Origin: Lingula anatina
Lineage: Eukaryota; Animalia; Brachiopoda
Direction: 5' to 3'
Length of the DNA stretch: 64,000 nucleotides
Assembly (NCBI GenBank): GCA_051362555.1
Contig: CM120642.1
Span: forward strand, 23,126,001-23,190,000
The notes under the pieces: model-generated
The model's database searches: none
What the model was told of the DNA's origin: nothing
Seen by the model: the letters and a program-made list of their open reading frames with translations, nothing else
Shown: positions 62,301 through 64,000 of the stretch, piece by piece
Layout: each line of letters begins with the position of its first letter
Position numbering within the stretch: the stretch's first letter is position 1
Made by a program: the position numbers and the translations under genes

Positions 62301-63995
62301 TGCTGGATTGAATACTGGAAAATGTGGCAGATACCATGCCTGCGGTTGATCTTTGTTTGTCATAACTTTCTCAGCATATCCCTTCTTCAAGTTTTCCTTC
62401 ATTGCACCCACATAATTCACCTTTAACTCTGGGTCCTTGTCCAACCTCTTCTTTAATAGTAACAGCCTCCTCCTTGCCATATCAATGTTGTTATCAAGAG
62501 GTTTTTCTTCTCTCCATGGTAAGTCTACGCAATAATGCCCATCTTCATATTTCACACTTGTCTTGAATATCCCTAGTGCCTTGATATCTTCTCTGGACAT
62601 CTCTTCTTTTCCTTTAACTTCCTCAAAGTCTCTTTCAGTGTACTTGTTAAACATTTGAGTAAGTTGGGAATCTTTCCTTATGAAATTTGAAGTCACAGTC
62701 TTTCCTTTCCGTTTTAGTGGGCCATTTATTGTCCATCCGAGTACAGTCTGTATAGCACATGGTTCTCCCTCTCCTCCACTAACCACTTTTTTGGGCCTTA
62801 ATGCTTCAAAGTTATCATTTCCAATAAGCAGCCCTATTGTTTCATCTTGTTTGTGGAAGTAGAAGGGGATGTCCTGTAAGTGGGTCCACTCACTGATGTC
62901 TTCTTGTGTTGCCCTGTCTTCTAATGATATAGGGAGTTTGCTTCTTGTTAATACTGTTGACAGTTGCATACTATGGTTTTCATCTACATCACTTATCTGT
63001 AAGCTGACAATTTCTCCAATCACTGGGGTAGCTTCTTTTTCTAGGGTTGTTAGTGTGTACTGTGTTTTCTTTCCCTTTATTCCCAGTTTCTTCTTGAGAC
63101 CTTCAGTGCAGAAGGTGGAATTTGAACCGCTGTCCAGTAGTGCGTACGTTTGCACTACATTGTTTCCATTTGGGTTTTTCACCTTCACTGGCACTATGGG
63201 TAGTCCAATTGCAACATTTTCCGTGTCAACAAACCCATTAGCAGCACGTGGAGGGGTAGAGGAATTGTTCTCATTTGGCATACTATTGTAACTATGTAGA
63301 AGAGTATGATGCCTTTTCCCACAAACTTCACAGTTCCTTTTAAATTTACATTCATGTGCTGTGTGGTTTGGTTTAAGACATTTGAAGCACAGACCTTTGC
63401 TTAACACCATCTTCCTTCTTTCTTCATATTTGTCTGACACAAAAACTGGGCACTGGTCCAACCAATGATCTTGGCTGCATCTGATACAATGCTTGCTGAC
63501 TGCTGCAGGCAGATTACCTTCTCTTGAGAAACTTTCTGACGCTTTGGATTCAGCAATAAATGACTGAGCCTTGATGGACGATTTGCTTGAAACAAGTGAC
63601 ATGTCAACCAAAGAACCAAATACAGGGTCACGCCTCTTCTCTGCTTCCACTTCAACCATCTTTACCACATCATTCAAAGTCGGAAATTTGCCCAATGCTG
63701 TGATCTTGTGATTGTTCTCTAACCATTTTTTCCTCATATCTAATGGAAGTTTCTCAATAATTCTTCGTAAGGATTGTCCTGTATTTAATTCTGCCTCACA
63801 ATTCATGGCACTTAACGTATCTTGGCACCCTCGAAGTGTATCGGCAAATGCTCTCAATTGTGCACTGTCTTTTATTGATTTGTGATTTAAAACTTTGTTG
63901 ATCCAGGCTTGAGAAATCAGATACGGATTGCCAAACCTTCTCTTCAGAGTTGTCATCGCTTCTGAGAAACCCTTACTTGGATCTGGGTGGTACAA
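59343..63995 (-). CDS. BEL/Pao Gag-Pol polyprotein (>1550 aa, open to the window edge)
   Basis: Three Cys/His knuckles (CIRCSQDHWLDQC, CFKCLKPNHTAHEC, CEVCGKRHHTLLH), protease ALLDSGS, RT YLPH..V..P / FGATSSP / FYVDD, RNase H HHFSDAS, integrase H..H..C..C, DYFGP, SDNGTNF, GGVWE. No stops. Confidence 0.97.
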   Translation of the reverse strand: MYHPDPSKGFSEAMTTLKRRFGNPYLISQAWINKVLNHKSIKDSAQLRAFADTLRGCQDTLSAMNCEAELNTGQSLRRIIEKLPLDMRKKWLENNHKITALGKFPTLNDVVKMVEVEAEKRRDPVFGSLVDMSLVSSKSSIKAQSFIAESKASESFSREGNLPAAVSKHCIRCSQDHWLDQCPVFVSDKYEERRKMVLSKGLCFKCLKPNHTAHECKFKRNCEVCGKRHHTLLHSYNSMPNENNSSTPPRAANGFVDTENVAIGLPIVPVKVKNPNGNNVVQTYALLDSGSNSTFCTEGLKKKLGIKGKKTQYTLTTLEKEATPVIGEIVSLQISDVDENHSMQLSTVLTRSKLPISLEDRATQEDISEWTHLQDIPFYFHKQDETIGLLIGNDNFEALRPKKVVSGGEGEPCAIQTVLGWTINGPLKRKGKTVTSNFIRKDSQLTQMFNKYTERDFEEVKGKEEMSREDIKALGIFKTSVKYEDGHYCVDLPWREEKPLDNNIDMARRRLLLLKKRLDKDPELKVNYVGAMKENLKKGYAEKVMTNKDQPQAWYLPHFPVFNPAKPEKTRIVFDCASKFKGRSLNDCLLQGPDLTSSLFGVLTRFRKNEVAVMGDIKEMFHQVRVSPAHCDYLRFLWWDTEDFNEEPGIYRMKVHLFGATSSPSVCSYALQKAAEDNEKEFGNEIAQSVKENFYVDDCLKSLHTEEEAIHFVTKVTQLLDKGGFKITKWISNSSKVLESIPESDRNPKVKDLDLEKLPIEKALGVLWDTEKDSFGFKVKVKEKPATRRGILSIISSVYDPLGFTAPCMLQAKILLQDLARAKLDWDEEISEQNFRIWQRWLSEVHKLAKFSSPRCLKPCKFGLVESCQLHHFSDASQVGYGAVSYARLMNYDKEVSVVFLVGKSRVTPLKTVTVPRLELAAATVSVKLDQMIRKEIDLPIKKSVFWTDSMAVLRYIHNEDKRFHTYVANRVTMIRENTDLCNWKHVSSDINPADHASRGLTANQLIHENTWIAGPAFLSKFEDEWPAQAVYEGQLDIDDPEVKRKVSTCAQTAEKTGFLHNLIQKYSSWTKTVRVVAWILRFITRLKGAQSKERYLSVDEVDEAEMIIIKTVQKSCFPEEFKSLSEGQGGQIKKSSSLYKLKPMMFNDLLCVGGRLVHAGISEKMKHPVILPKKHHVTHLIIQHYHQACGHSGRDYVLSQLRSRYWIIKANSTVRHVLHSCHDCKRRQASPCVQQMSDLPEERVKPDKPPFTYVGIDYFGPFHIKRARSMVKYYGCIFTCLTSKAVHIEVSSALDTDAFINALRRFIARRGAPELIRSDNGTNFVAGERELRESILSWNQEAVNDFLVQKHVKWVFNPPAASHWGGVWERCIRSIRKVLSAVLKLQALDVEGLMTFMTEVESILNGRPITTVSDDPNDLEPLTPNHLLLLRSVNNLPPGVFRKEDLYVRRRWRQVQYMADQFWKRWISEYLPLLQTRQKWIKPERNIHVDDVVLLVDDVLPRGNWPLARVVNIFPGDDGLVRKVRVRTQNSMLVRPVTKCVFLEGQNED

Positions 63996-64000
63996 ACAGG

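Larger units (their letters stand above)
58218..64000 (-). mobile_element. BEL/Pao LTR retrotransposon (5' end outside window)
   Basis: Single gag-pol ORF plus PPT plus 3' LTR. Confidence 0.95.

Overview
AT-rich, intron-rich animal (probably lophotrochozoan or mollusc-like; taxon is inference) genomic DNA, not prokaryotic. Host genes were reconstructed by hand from GT-AG exons: the 3' end of a CTHRC1-like gene (+), a 14-exon SLC5/SGLT-type transporter (-), a 4-exon secreted 10-Cys prokineticin/colipase-fold peptide (+), an ankyrin/SOCS-box gene (-) head-to-head with an MEGF9-like gene (+), and a ~19-exon divergent ACSF2-like acyl-CoA synthetase (+). A second, tandem copy of the synthetase is interrupted at the last base of an exon by an intact-looking BEL/Pao LTR retrotransposon. 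Between the two copies lies an intact Penelope-like element (RT + GIY-YIG). Its pseudo-LTR carries a minimal hammerhead ribozyme whose stem I pairs over the donor of a reconstructed 67-nt intron, and whose CUGAUGA core supplies in-frame AUGs. This candidate cleavage-versus-splicing switch is the most interesting system seen. The window also contains nested DNA transposons (TAA- and TTAA-TSD), a 3.5-kb foldback element with a 6-bp TSD, several hairpin MITE families, a Helentron-like element, a BEL relic and simple repeats. All calls are by eye; no alignments or folding were run.
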